DNA from: Octopus sinensis
Taxonomy: Eukaryota
Reading direction: 5' to 3'
DNA: 64,000 bases
NCBI RefSeq assembly: GCF_006345805.1
Contig: NC_043010.1
Coordinates: 51,522,001-51,586,000 of the forward strand
Shown: positions 1-10,937 of the stretch, in pieces
How positions within the stretch are numbered: position 1 is the first letter of the stretch
Layout: the number at the start of each line of letters is the position of its first letter
The notes under the pieces: generated by a model
Told to the model about the DNA's origin: nothing
Databases searched by the model: none
The model's input: only the letters and a program-made list of their open reading frames with translations
Translations under genes and position numbers: made by a program

Positions 1-358
1 AGATCCCGGTCGAACCGTCCAACCCGTGCTAGCGCGGAAAACGGATGTTAAACGATGATGATGATGATGATGATGATGATGCTTGCATAACTGTGTTATT
101 CATTTACAAGCATTATGTGAAGTCAAGACAAGGAGACACAAATAAATAAATAAATGAATTCCTGCCTGCCTACATGCCTACCTATTTATCTATCTTATCA
201 TCATTCAACACCTGTTTTCTCTGCTGGCTTTATAATTATGAAGATGACAACAATGATGGTGATGATGATGATGATGATGATACGTGAGGTGATGGTTGTA
301 ATGATGATAATATAGACACACACATATGCACAAGTATGTATACACATATATACATACA

Positions 359-429
<71 letters not shown>

Positions 430-494
430 CGTATGAATATAAGAAAGGCTTCTTGCAGTTTCCATCAACCAAATCCACATATAAGGCTAACCTT

Positions 495-1310
495 ATATGA
501 TGGTGATACAACTATCACATCTTGCTATATTGAATGGTATGTTCCTTTTTGTATAGGAAGGATGGCAAGATCTAAAACCTAAACATTGGTGTGTGTCTGG
601 GTTCTTGCAGCATAGATCAGCTGTAACTGCTTCATTTTCTTTAAGTATTAGAATGTTCAGTAAAGGATATTCCCTTTTATTCATTTCCTAAGTGAACTGG
701 ATTAATTTGTGAATACTGTTTATTAATTTAAGACATTTTGCAAGGTCCTACTTGCTTTTTCCAAAATATAAAGTAGTCATCCCAGGATTTTTAAATAGGC
801 TTGGAAATGATGATCAAAAGTAATTCTAGATATTTTTCTTCCAGGTATACCATTACTAGTGTTGCCAAAATTGGTGCAACTTTCGTCCCTATTGCTGCAC
901 CTTGTATTTGTAGGTAATATTGGTTGTCAAAGAAGAAACAGTTGTTTTCCAGTTCTAAACACAATCCTTCAAGTATAAATGCTTTTTGGAATCTCTCCTG
1001 AATTCTTTGTGGACATATGTCTATCCAGATTTCTACTGCTTCTAATCCTAATCCATGGGGAATATTTGTATAAAGACTGGTAACATCACAGTTAACAAGA
1101 ATTTTTGCTTTCTGGAATATGGTTTAGGAAGTCCATGTTATCTTTGATGAAACTAAGAACCAAGTTGCTTAATCATTGGGTGTTAGATATTTACTTTCTC
1201 TAGTGGCAAAACATCCTTATAGAGGAACATTTGGCCACAGGAGTTCCATGGATATGTGAGGACTGGTGGACTGAAAGAGGACAGTATTTGAAAATTAAGG
1301 AAGAGTTGGT
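495..1310 (-). mobile_element. Penelope-like retroelement reverse transcriptase remnant
   Basis: Minus frame reads LVNCDVTSLYTNIPHGLGLEAV...LENNCFFFDNQYYLQIQGAAIGTKVAPILATLVMVYLE, then WDDYFIFW and CHPSYTKRNIPFNIAR (ORF 493..684). These are PLE RT/thumb motifs, broken by stops and frameshifts. Confidence 0.85.
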
Positions 1311-1399
1311 GACAGGAAAAGCATCAAGCCCTAGAAAATACATTTTAATTAGTTTTGGTTTGTCTCATGCCAGGAATTGAAAAACAAAAGGAAAATGAA

Positions 1400-1690
1400 A
1401 AAAATGGTGGTAGTAACAATGAGGACGATGATGATTAGGAGGAGGAGGAGGAAGAGGAAGAAGAAGGGAAGGAAGAGAAGAGGAAGAAGAAGGGGAAGAT
1501 GTTGGTGGTAGTGACAATAATAAGAATGGTGATAGTGATGAGTAGGAAGATGATGAGGAGGATGGAGGTGATGATGATAATAACGGTAATGATGATGGTG
1601 ATGAGTATTTTGGTGATGAGGATGAAGATTATTGTGGCAGTGGTGGTAAGGATGATGATGATGATGTTTATGGTGATGATGAAGTAAATG
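1400..1690. repeat. GAG/GAA/GAT low-complexity tract
   Basis: Direct inspection. Confidence 0.85.
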
Positions 1691-1755
1691 CACACACATA
1701 CATACAAGTTGTTTGACTCTGAGTTACCAAATGTCTAATGCAGTTTTGTTGTATA

Positions 1756-2656
1756 TGTGGTCTGATCAATAAGTATCCGGACTGTTGCCATAGTAATGAA
1801 GCTAAAGCATGCAGAGTGAAGCCGCTAAGCACAGATTGACCTTGAACACTGTTGTGCATGCACACTAAGTTTTAACATTCTAGCTCACTTCCACTGTTTA
1901 CAGCAGTGCTTGGAAGAAGGAAGGTGTGTAGCATATGATCATTGTATTAACCATGACAGAGAAAGTTTAGCAGAGAATCTGCATTGAATTTTGTCAAAAG
2001 CTTGGCAATACCTGCTCAGAGGCCCATGTAATGTTTTCAGAAAGTTTTTCCATCGTTCTCGTCACAATCAAGGAGATCTTGTTGCAACTGAAACACGAGT
2101 GTATTTTTGGTCAGCTGAAAGCAGTTTTGGCACAAATTTGGCAGATACGTATTTCATACCCAAATCTTCAATGATAATGGATTGAACTGAACTGTAACTA
2201 ATCTGCACATCCTCTGATAACTCACGGATTGTGATTTGATGATTTCCCCTCACAGCTGCATGAAACATCTGCGATGTTTTCTCAGTTCTGCTGGTTGTGG
2301 ATCTCCCAGAACGTTCATGAATATCAAAATTTTTTTGGCCATTTTGGAAACATCTGAACCACTTGTACACTTGTGTGCAGCTCATACTCTCCTCTCCATG
2401 CAATTTCTGTAACTTTGTGTAGACCTCTGAGTAGGTATCGCCATGGCAGCTTTCTCTGTCATGGTTAATGCAACAATCATATGCTACACACCTTCCTTCC
2501 AAGCACTGCTATAAACAGTGGAAGTGAGCTAGAACGTTAAAACTTAGTGCACATGCACAGCATGGTTCAAGGTCAATCTGTGCCAAACAGATTCACTCTG
2601 TGTGCTTTAGCTACGTTTCTATGGCAACATTCCAGATGCTTATTGATCAGACCTCG
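1756..2656 (-). mobile_element. Non-autonomous mariner derivative with ~210-bp terminal inverted repeats and a transposase N-terminus
   Basis: TA|(t/c)g(t/a)ggtctgatcaataag termini with TA duplications; 1756-1966 inverted versus 2447-2656; ORF 2068..2502 encodes a mariner HTH (VYKWFRCFQNG...ERSGR...FVPKLL). Confidence 0.85.
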
Positions 2657-3083
2657 TATGGTGTATTTGGCCTACATGCAGTCTTTCTCCTCTCACTATT
2701 TTTTCTGTTGCTACTCTAACAGCCACTGTTCTCCAGAGCTGGCTAGTCTCATACACTTCCATCAATATATCCAGTCCTTCTCCCTAAAATATTCGCCCTC
2801 TGAAATCATTTCCCTGCTCATGTCTTTCCTGCAAGTGGTAACCTGCAACAGTTTGCACAGAACATTAACACTTAGGCCTTCTGTCAAATGTAATACTTAC
2901 TTATTCACATTGTTTTGTAATTAACCCTGCATTATCTTGTAGCTTTGATATTTCAATGAGGTTTATTTTGATTGTTTATTTTGAGAATGACATTGTAGGA
3001 TAGATGTGAGAGGCTGGATCTGATCAGTTTGAATATAAAACAAGTAGTATATTTGAGCCAGATATAGCTGATTTAGATGTTAA

Positions 3084-3303
3084 CCCTTTCGTTACCAACC
3101 TGGCTGAAACTGGCTCTGGCTCTGAGTACAAATGTCTCGTTTTCATAAGTTTTGAATTAAAATCTTCCACCAAACCTTAGTCGCAATTTACATTCCTAAC
3201 TCTAGCTTAATGATAACTAAGTTATTTTACTAAATTCTTTGTTATATTTAAAGTATTTGAAAGAAACACAAAGCATCTCAAAATAAATATGGTAATGAAA
3301 AGG
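3084..3303. mobile_element. piggyBac-like MITE (TTAA target) nested at the end of another TTAA-type MITE
   Basis: TTAA|ccctttcgttacc...ggtaatgaaaagg|TTAA. Confidence 0.75.
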
Positions 3304-3349
3304 TTAAAGTGTTGAGCTAATCTTTAGAGATAAAATATTTGTGCTATAC

Positions 3350-3555
3350 TCTTTATTCTTTTACTTGTTTCAGTCATTTGACTGCGGCCATGCTGGAGCA
3401 CCGCCTTTAGTCGAGCAAATCGCCCCCGGGACTTATTCTTTGTAAGCCCAGTACTTATTCTATCGGTCTCTTTTGCCGAACCGCTAAGTGACGGGGATGT
3501 AAACACACCAGCATCGGTTGTCAAGCAATGCTAGGGGGACAAACACAGACACACA

Positions 3556-3603
<48 letters not shown>

Positions 3604-3752
3604 TACGACAGGCTTCTTTCAGTTTCCATCTACCAAATCCACTCACAAGGCATTGGTCGGCCCGGGGCTATAGCAGAAGACACTTGCCCAAGGTGCCACG
3701 CAGTGGGACTGAACCCGGAACCATGCGGTTGGTTAGCAAGCTACTTACCACG
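3350..3752 (-). mobile_element. tRNA-derived composite SINE family A
   Basis: A/B-box-like head (tggctgtgtggt / ggttcagtccc), central microsatellite and ...aaatgactgaaacaagtaaaagag tail; roughly 25 full or partial copies in the window. Confidence 0.85.
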
Positions 3753-6700
3753 TTTCAATTAGTTTGAAATCTGGGCATTAACAGATGTCTCATTTCTGTT
3801 CCTGGGTGTGTAAATGTCTAAGATGAAGTATTGTTAAAAAAGGATGGTGTTATGGTTCCCCCTAGATTATTAACATCGACTTCAACTCTTTAGCGTTCAG
3901 ATTACTCTGTCAACTGTAATACTTGTTTATTCACATTGTTTTGTAAATAATCCTGCATTACCTTTTGATAATTTCATTTTATCACACTGAACACCTCTCC
4001 TGCTAAATTGGTAAACAACTATCTTACTAAAATAGCACCAGAGGGGGAAAGAAAAAAACCCCTTTAAAATGCTGAGTGTTAAAAAAATACTGAATACCTC
4101 AAAGCAGGTGAGACACCTTGCTCCACAGGTGATCAAGAATGATGGATATCAATATTTCATGGTTTTTGCAGCTCTTTGGCATCATGTACTCAAGCCATCT
4201 CAGAACAAATTGCAATCACTGGCTTACATGCAAACAGCATAGGGTCTATCTGCTGATGTGCAACAGTACTGCACAGTTAAAATAAAATTCAATTTTGAAT
4301 TACCAGCAGCTTAAATAATGTAAACATTATCAAAGTCACATACTTACTGTATGTGTTTTGTTTATGCACCTATTAGATGTGGGGTACTATCAGAGAGAAA
4401 ATTTTAAAATAAAAAAATAGCTCAACTTTGTCTGAGAATTTTTTAAATACCTAAAGCCCATTAATAATTGTAGCATGTGGAGTAGTTCAGTTAATGCTTG
4501 TTCATAAGTCCTACAGATAAAAATTAGATAAATTGTATGATTTTTTTTTTCTAAAGATAATTTTCACAGCTATAGCTTTAGTGAACTGCAGTTGGCTGAA
4601 ATAAAAGGGTTTTGGGCAATTAGCCAAAAAGTCTGTGAGTAATATCCTATTATCTGTACCACATGTTGCAACTAATTCACAAAGTTATTTGAAGAATATC
4701 ACTGAATAGAATGCTTCCCCACTGTAATCAATAGTTGGAGTACTGTAAAATTGAGGAGTGTTTTGGTGGATTATGGGGAAAAAAGAAAAAAAAGAAAGAA
4801 AAAGGTATTGGCTCTCAAGGACATAGTCTCTGTATGAAAGTATACTATGACAATAGCCATAACCTCCAACCCCTTCACACTGAGGGAAAAGAGACAGTTT
4901 TTTTTTCCTTCTTTTATCTTTTATCCTTTACTTGTTCCAGTCTGCAGCTGTGCTGGGGCATGGCCTTGAGGAATTTTAGTTGAACAAATCACCCCCAGTT
5001 GTTGAGTGGTGGTGGTGGTGGACAAACACAGACATAATGGCACACACACACACACATTACAGGCTTATTTCAGTTTCCATCTACCAAATTCACTCACAAG
5101 GTTTGGGTCAGCTTGAGACTATAATAGAAGACACTTGCTCAAAGTGTGACATAGTGGGACTGAACCCAGAACCATGTGGTTGGGAAGCAATCTTCTTACC
5201 ACACAGCTATGCCTGCTCTACTAAATATTTTCTCAAATGTACCATCCATCTTTTTCCACCCATTATTCATGCATTATCTTGAAGCTGTGGAGGCGCAATA
5301 GCCCAGTGGTTAGGGCAGTGGACTCGCAGTTGTAGGATCACGGTTTCGATTCCCAGACCAGGCATTGTGAGTGTTTATTGAACAAAAATGTCTAAAGCTC
5401 CACGTCAGGAGGTGGTGGTGAACCCTGCTGTACTCTTTCACCCCAACTTTCTCTCACTCTTTCTTCCTGTTTCTGTTGTACCTGTATTTCAAAGACCCAG
5501 CCTTGTCACACTCTGTGTCACACTGAATCTCCCCAAGAATTACGTTAAGGGTACACGTGTCTGTGGAGTGCTCAGCCACTTGCACGTTAATAAATGAGTT
5601 GCGACGTCACTGGTACCAAGCTGTATCAGCCTTTGCCTTTCTCTTGGATTACATTGGTGGTGTGGAGAGGGAAGACTGATATGCGTGCGTGACTGCTGGT
5701 CTTCCATAAACAACCTTGCCCAGACTTGTGCCTTTGGAGGGTAACTTTATAGGTGCAATCCCATGGTCATTCATGACCGAAAGGGGTCACAGATCTTGAA
5801 GCTACAAGATAATGCATGATTAATTCAAAACAATCATCATCATCGTTTAACGTCCGTTTTCTGTGCTAGCATGGGTTGGACGGTTCGACCGGGGTCTGGG
5901 GAGCCAGGGGCTGCTCCAGGCTCCAGTCTGATCTGGCAGTGTTTCTACAGCTGGATGCCCTTCCTAACACCAACCACTCCGCGAGTGTAGTGGGTGCTTT
6001 TTACGTGCCACCTGCACAGGTGCCAGAGGGGTCTGGCATCGGCCACGATCGGTTGGTGCTTTTTATGTGCCACCAGCACAGAAGCCAGTCGAGGCGGTGC
6101 TGGCATGTGAATGAATAAGCATTACTTGTGACAGACTAACCTGAATGTGAAAGGGCTAAAATCTGAAAAATATCCTATATTGCAGTGTTTCTCAATCATT
6201 TTTTGTCTAAGAGCCTTGTAACAGGATGAAGGGTCTGTAACACTGGATGGGTGCAGCTCTCATCCTTTACATTAAAATATTAATCGAAGGAAAGAATCAA
6301 GACTTCCGATTAACTTCAACAGCATAAATATTTTTATTTCTGGATTCGCAATATATATATTCTTCTTTCAGGGCAAATCGGTAGCCTAGGAGCTCGTCGC
6401 AGTAGCCAAGTGGAGTGAGCCAAATCCTGTCCGTTCAAGCATAGCATAGCAACGCCATGAGGTGGCAGCTTAGGAGAGCTGTTACAACACGTCCGTCCTG
6501 TTAGGCTGTCAGCATTCGAGGGACCGATACGCGGGAAATTTTGCCACTGCTAGTTTTCTGCACACGTGCATGAGGGAACTTCTGGCAGGCCTCCCGGAAG
6601 AATCCAACTCTGCGCATGTGTGCTGAAGATTTCAAAAATGGCTTCACTACAGCCTCTTTGGTTTTTCTTTTACTCAGATGGGCCCTCATAGCCATTCAAT

Positions 6701-6914
6701 GTTTAAGAAAATCCTTTTATATTTTTATAATTACATGTTATTAGGAATTGTATACATGGCTGTGTGGTAAGAAGTTTGTTTCCCCACCACATAGTTCTGG
6801 GTTCAGTCCCACTGCTTGGCACCTTGGGCAAATGTCTTCTGCTATAGCCTCAGGCAGGCCAAAGACTTGTGAGTGGATTTGGTAGGTGGAAACTGAAAGA
6901 AACCTGTTGTATTC

Positions 6915-7305
6915 TTTTCTTTTATTTGTTTCAGTCATTTGACTGTGGCCATGCTGGATCACTGCCTTTAGTCGAGCAAATCGCCCCCAGGACTTGTTCT
7001 TTGTAAGCCTAGTACTTATTCTATCAGTCTCTCTTGCCAAACCGTTAAGTGATGGAGATGCAAACACACCAGCATCAGTTGTCAAGAAATGCTAGGGGGG
7101 ACAAACACAGACACACAAGCATACACACACACAAACATATACGACGAGCTTCTTCAGTGTCCATCTACCAAATCTATTCACAAGGCTTCGGTCGGCCTGA
7201 GGCTTTAGTAGAAGACACTTACCCAAGGTGCCACACAGTGGGACTGAACCTGGAACCATGTGGTTGGTAAGCAAGCTACTTACCACACAGCCACTCCTGT
7301 GCCTA
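6915..7305 (-). mobile_element. SINE family A
   Basis: Same consensus as 3350-3752. Confidence 0.8.
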
Positions 7306-8182
7306 TACATATACATATGATATATCTATGTGTGTCTTTGTGTCTGTGTTTGTCTCCCACTACTGCTTGACAACCAGTGTTGGTGTTTATGTCCCCATAG
7401 CTTAGCGGTTCGGCAAACAGACCGATAGAATAAGAATCAAGCTTTAAAAAGTAAATAAGTACTGGGGTTGAGTCATTTGATTAAAGATTCAAGGCAATGC
7501 CACAGCATGGCCACAGTCTAATGACTGAAATAAGTAAAAAAGATTAAAAAAAAATATTTTGTGTATTGTAGGAATATAAACAATTTATTGCAGTTGAACT
7601 TTAATAACAAAATTTTATATGGACCCCCAAGGATCATATGGATGGGCCCTGCTGTACAGTATGTAAGACCTGAAAATGCTTATCCTAGCTTTCATAGTGT
7701 TAAAGCAGACAGTTACAAGCTTTTAACTTTTGCAAGAAAGTAACTTAGCATTGCCAGTGCATCTGTTGCCTAGAGCAGTGACTTACATAATTTCTTAGAT
7801 AATTTATTTAAAGCTATATAGACAAGGCTATAAAATATTAAGTCGCTTTACCAGAGACACAATGCCACACCAGCAATGGAACACAGAGTATAAACTATTT
7901 TTGGAAGACACACAGACTGAGAAACAACACGGGCAGTAGTGACTCTCATAATTAACAAAATAAAACCAGCCTCTGAAACTAAACCGTTTTCTCAAATGAC
8001 ATTATACTATTGTAAACACTTTGTAATTAATCCTGCATTATCTTGTAGCTTTGATATTTCAATGAGGTGATTGTTTATTTTGAGAATGACATTGTAGGAT
8101 AGATGTGAGAGGCTGGATCTGATCAGCTTGACTATAAAACAAGTAGTATATTTGCGCTAGATATAGCTGGTTTAGATGTTAA

Positions 8183-8390
8183 CCCTTTCGTTACTAACCT
8201 GGCTGAAACTGGCTCTGGCTCTGAGTACAAATGTTTTGTTTTCATTAGTTTTGAATTAAAATCTTCCACCAAATCTTAGTCACAATTTACGTTCCTAACT
8301 CTAGCTTAATGATAACTAAGTTATTTTACTAAATTCTTTGTTATATTTAAAGTAATTGAAAGAAACACAGAGGATCTCAAAATAAATATA
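8183..8390. mobile_element. piggyBac-like MITE, 3'-truncated copy
   Basis: TTAA|ccctttcgttac..., near-identical to 3084-3290. Confidence 0.7.
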
Positions 8391-8703
8391 CTTCAGTTAT
8401 TTCTTGTTAATCTGTAGAAATAAGTTGTGATGTCTCTGGTGCCAAGCTGTATTGGCCTTTGCCTTTCCCTTGGATAACAATGGTAGTACGGAGAGAGGAG
8501 GCTGGTACGCATGAGTGACTGCTGGTCTTTCATAAACAACCTTGCCCAGACTTGTGTCTTGGAGGAAACTTCCTAGGTGCAATCCCATGGACATTTATAA
8601 TCGACAGTGGGGTGTCTTTACCCTTTACCCATCCAACCCAAATGAAGTCTGGCCATTTACTGTTGTCATTCATTTTGATTATGGTAATTTCTTTAATTTA
8701 CAA

Positions 8704-8974
8704 CAGTGGTTCCTTAACTATTTTTTGTCCATGGACCCGTTTGATCTCTATTTTACTCAGATGGACCCCTGTAACCATTTGTTTAAAAAATCCTTTTATA
8801 TTTTCATAATTAAATATTATCAGGTATTGTGAAAAGGATATTGTTGAAATATTTAGTGCTTTGTAGAAGTAAAACCAATTTATTGGACATAAACTTTAAC
8901 AGCAAAATCTTATAAGGACCTACAAGGGTCATATGGAGCCTGAGGGTCATATGAACCCTAGTTGAAAACCAGTG
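8704..8974. mobile_element. hAT-type MITE
   Basis: cagtggttccttaac...gttgaaaaccagtg imperfect termini; related fragments near 6183, 7560-7660 and 19960-20170. Confidence 0.5.
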
Positions 8975-9206
8975 ATTGAGAGGAATTAGCTCTCGAAATA
9001 CTTTCGAGTATTAGATCAAGCAATCATTTAAACATCAAATCGTTCATAAAATCTGAAGGTAGTATAGTAATCGAGCACACCTACACAAATATGCCCCACC
9101 ACCAACTCACTCATGATGTGTCAGTATGTATGTGTGCGCGCCCACTGCTTTTTGTTTCCACATGAAATCTTGATATAATCGCAATCTACACTACCTGAAA
9201 GGTATT

Positions 9207-9607
9207 TACTCTTTTATTTGTTTCAGTCATTTGACTGCGGCCATGCTGAAGCACCGCCTTTAGTCGAGCAAATCGACCCCGGGACTTATTCTTTGTAAGC
9301 CCAGTACTTATTCTATCAGTCTCTTTTGCTGAACCGCTAAGTGACGGGGACGTAAACACACCAGCATCGGTTGTCAAGCAATGCTAGGGGGACAAACACA
9401 GACACACAAACACGCACACACACATATATATATATACATATATACGACAGGCCTCTTTCAGTTTCCATCTACCAAATCCACTCACAAGGCATTGGTCGGC
9501 CCGGGGCTATAGCAGAAGACACTTGCCCAAGATGCCACGCAGTGGGACTGAACCTGGAACCATGTGGTTGGTTAGCAAGCTACTTACCACACAGCCACTC
9601 CTGCGCC
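9207..9607 (-). mobile_element. SINE family A
   Basis: Same consensus, near full length. Confidence 0.85.
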
Positions 9608-10759
9608 TATTTGTAGAAAGTTTCTTTAAAAAATACCCATTTTGTCTGAAAGTTATGAGGAAACAAAGTCGAATCGAGTGAATTACCTGAAACTCCTCCG
9701 AAAACAATAAATTCCAATATAATCATAATTCACACCATCTAAAGGGTGTTTGCAGAAAATTTCATTGAAAGATAATCATCTTTCTGAAAGTAATGAGTAA
9801 AAATCAAGATGTAGCACAATTGTGTATGTATGCCTAATTGAGTAAGTACAGAGCCACTGGATTGATAGCCTGCAAGAATTTAATGTATATTTAATTCAAA
9901 ATATATAAGATCTCAGAAGTATTCCGAGTAATATAGATCAACTTTAAACACAATCGTTCACGAAAGTTGAAGGCGATTTAGAACTAAATATTTAATATTT
10001 ATTCCTCAAAGGTATTTAGCGCGAGGCCTCTAACAATGCGAGGTCCGTAGCATCATATGTTCTCTCTTGCTACTAGGTCAATCAAGTACAGTCGATAACT
10101 GATGGAATAATTCAAGGATATTGTCGGGAAAATAGAAAAGAGAAAGAAAATGTGTGATCTTGTCCATACATTAGAAATAATAACAATTATTACTCTTATT
10201 CTGCGGTAGAAAAAATTGCCTTAGTGTTTAGTTTCGTCGTTCTTAGTTCAAATCCCGTCGCGGTCGACTGTGTTCTTTACCCTGCAAAGTGTATAAAACA
10301 AGCAGCAGTTGTGCATTGCAGACAATTATTTCGAACCACTATACTTATACTGCGAGTGCGCATTTTTTTTTTGTCATATTCGTTTAGAGCAAGTTGTTTT
10401 ACACATATTACACTATTTTTTGTTTGTTTTGGTGCCCGGGTCAGCCCCTCAGACGCTTTCGGAAATTCCCGATGTGAATTTTCCGAGGCCTCTCCCCCAC
10501 CCCCCTTTCGCGTGCGGGAATTTTTTTTTTCATATTCGTTCATAGGAAGTTGTTTTACACCTATTACACACATTTTGTAGCCTTGCGTAATAATTTATTA
10601 TCAAATCTTTCATCAATTACACTTGACATATATCAATCAGCACCGGTAACATTCAGCGATGTTTACAGGAAAAAAATTATCAACGACACCGGTTCAGAGC
10701 TAAGGTTCCTAATAGCCGGGTTTTCCATATTTCTTTTTAACTTTATTCATTTATGATTA

Positions 10760-10911
10760 AGCCAATAATTAGTACAAGAGGTAAAACTTGTGTCTGCTTT
10801 CTCAACGACTTGGACCCATCAACTTTCCGACAACCCGGTCTCACAAACCGGATGTTGTAGTCACGTGTTTCACAGATTTGACCCCTGCATGGCGAACTTG
10901 GTGTCCTAGCA
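10760..10911 (+). promoter_or_regulatory. Probable PTCD3 promoter/5' UTR with E-box CACGTG (10862-10867) and an upstream ATG (10889)
   Basis: Repeat-free and relatively CpG-rich stretch directly upstream of the start codon; position is the only support. Confidence 0.4.
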
Positions 10912-10937
10912 ATGTCGTCTACAATACTAAGTCTCAA
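10912..10937 (+). CDS. PTCD3: PTCD3 coding exon 1 (MSSTILSL-)
   Basis: ATG TCG TCT ACA ATA CTA AGT CTC AA|gtatgt; phase 2 fits exon 2. This short exon is the least certain one. Confidence 0.65.

Noticed and set aside
1349-1707. His-rich, Ile/Thr-rich and Ser-rich ORFs (also 54304-54507)
   Set aside because: Translations of CAT/GAT triplet low-complexity DNA
5288-5365. tRNA-like sequence with A/B boxes (also the heads of SINE-A/C/D copies)
   Set aside because: Continues into a SINE body and lacks a complete cloverleaf; these are SINE heads, not tRNA genes
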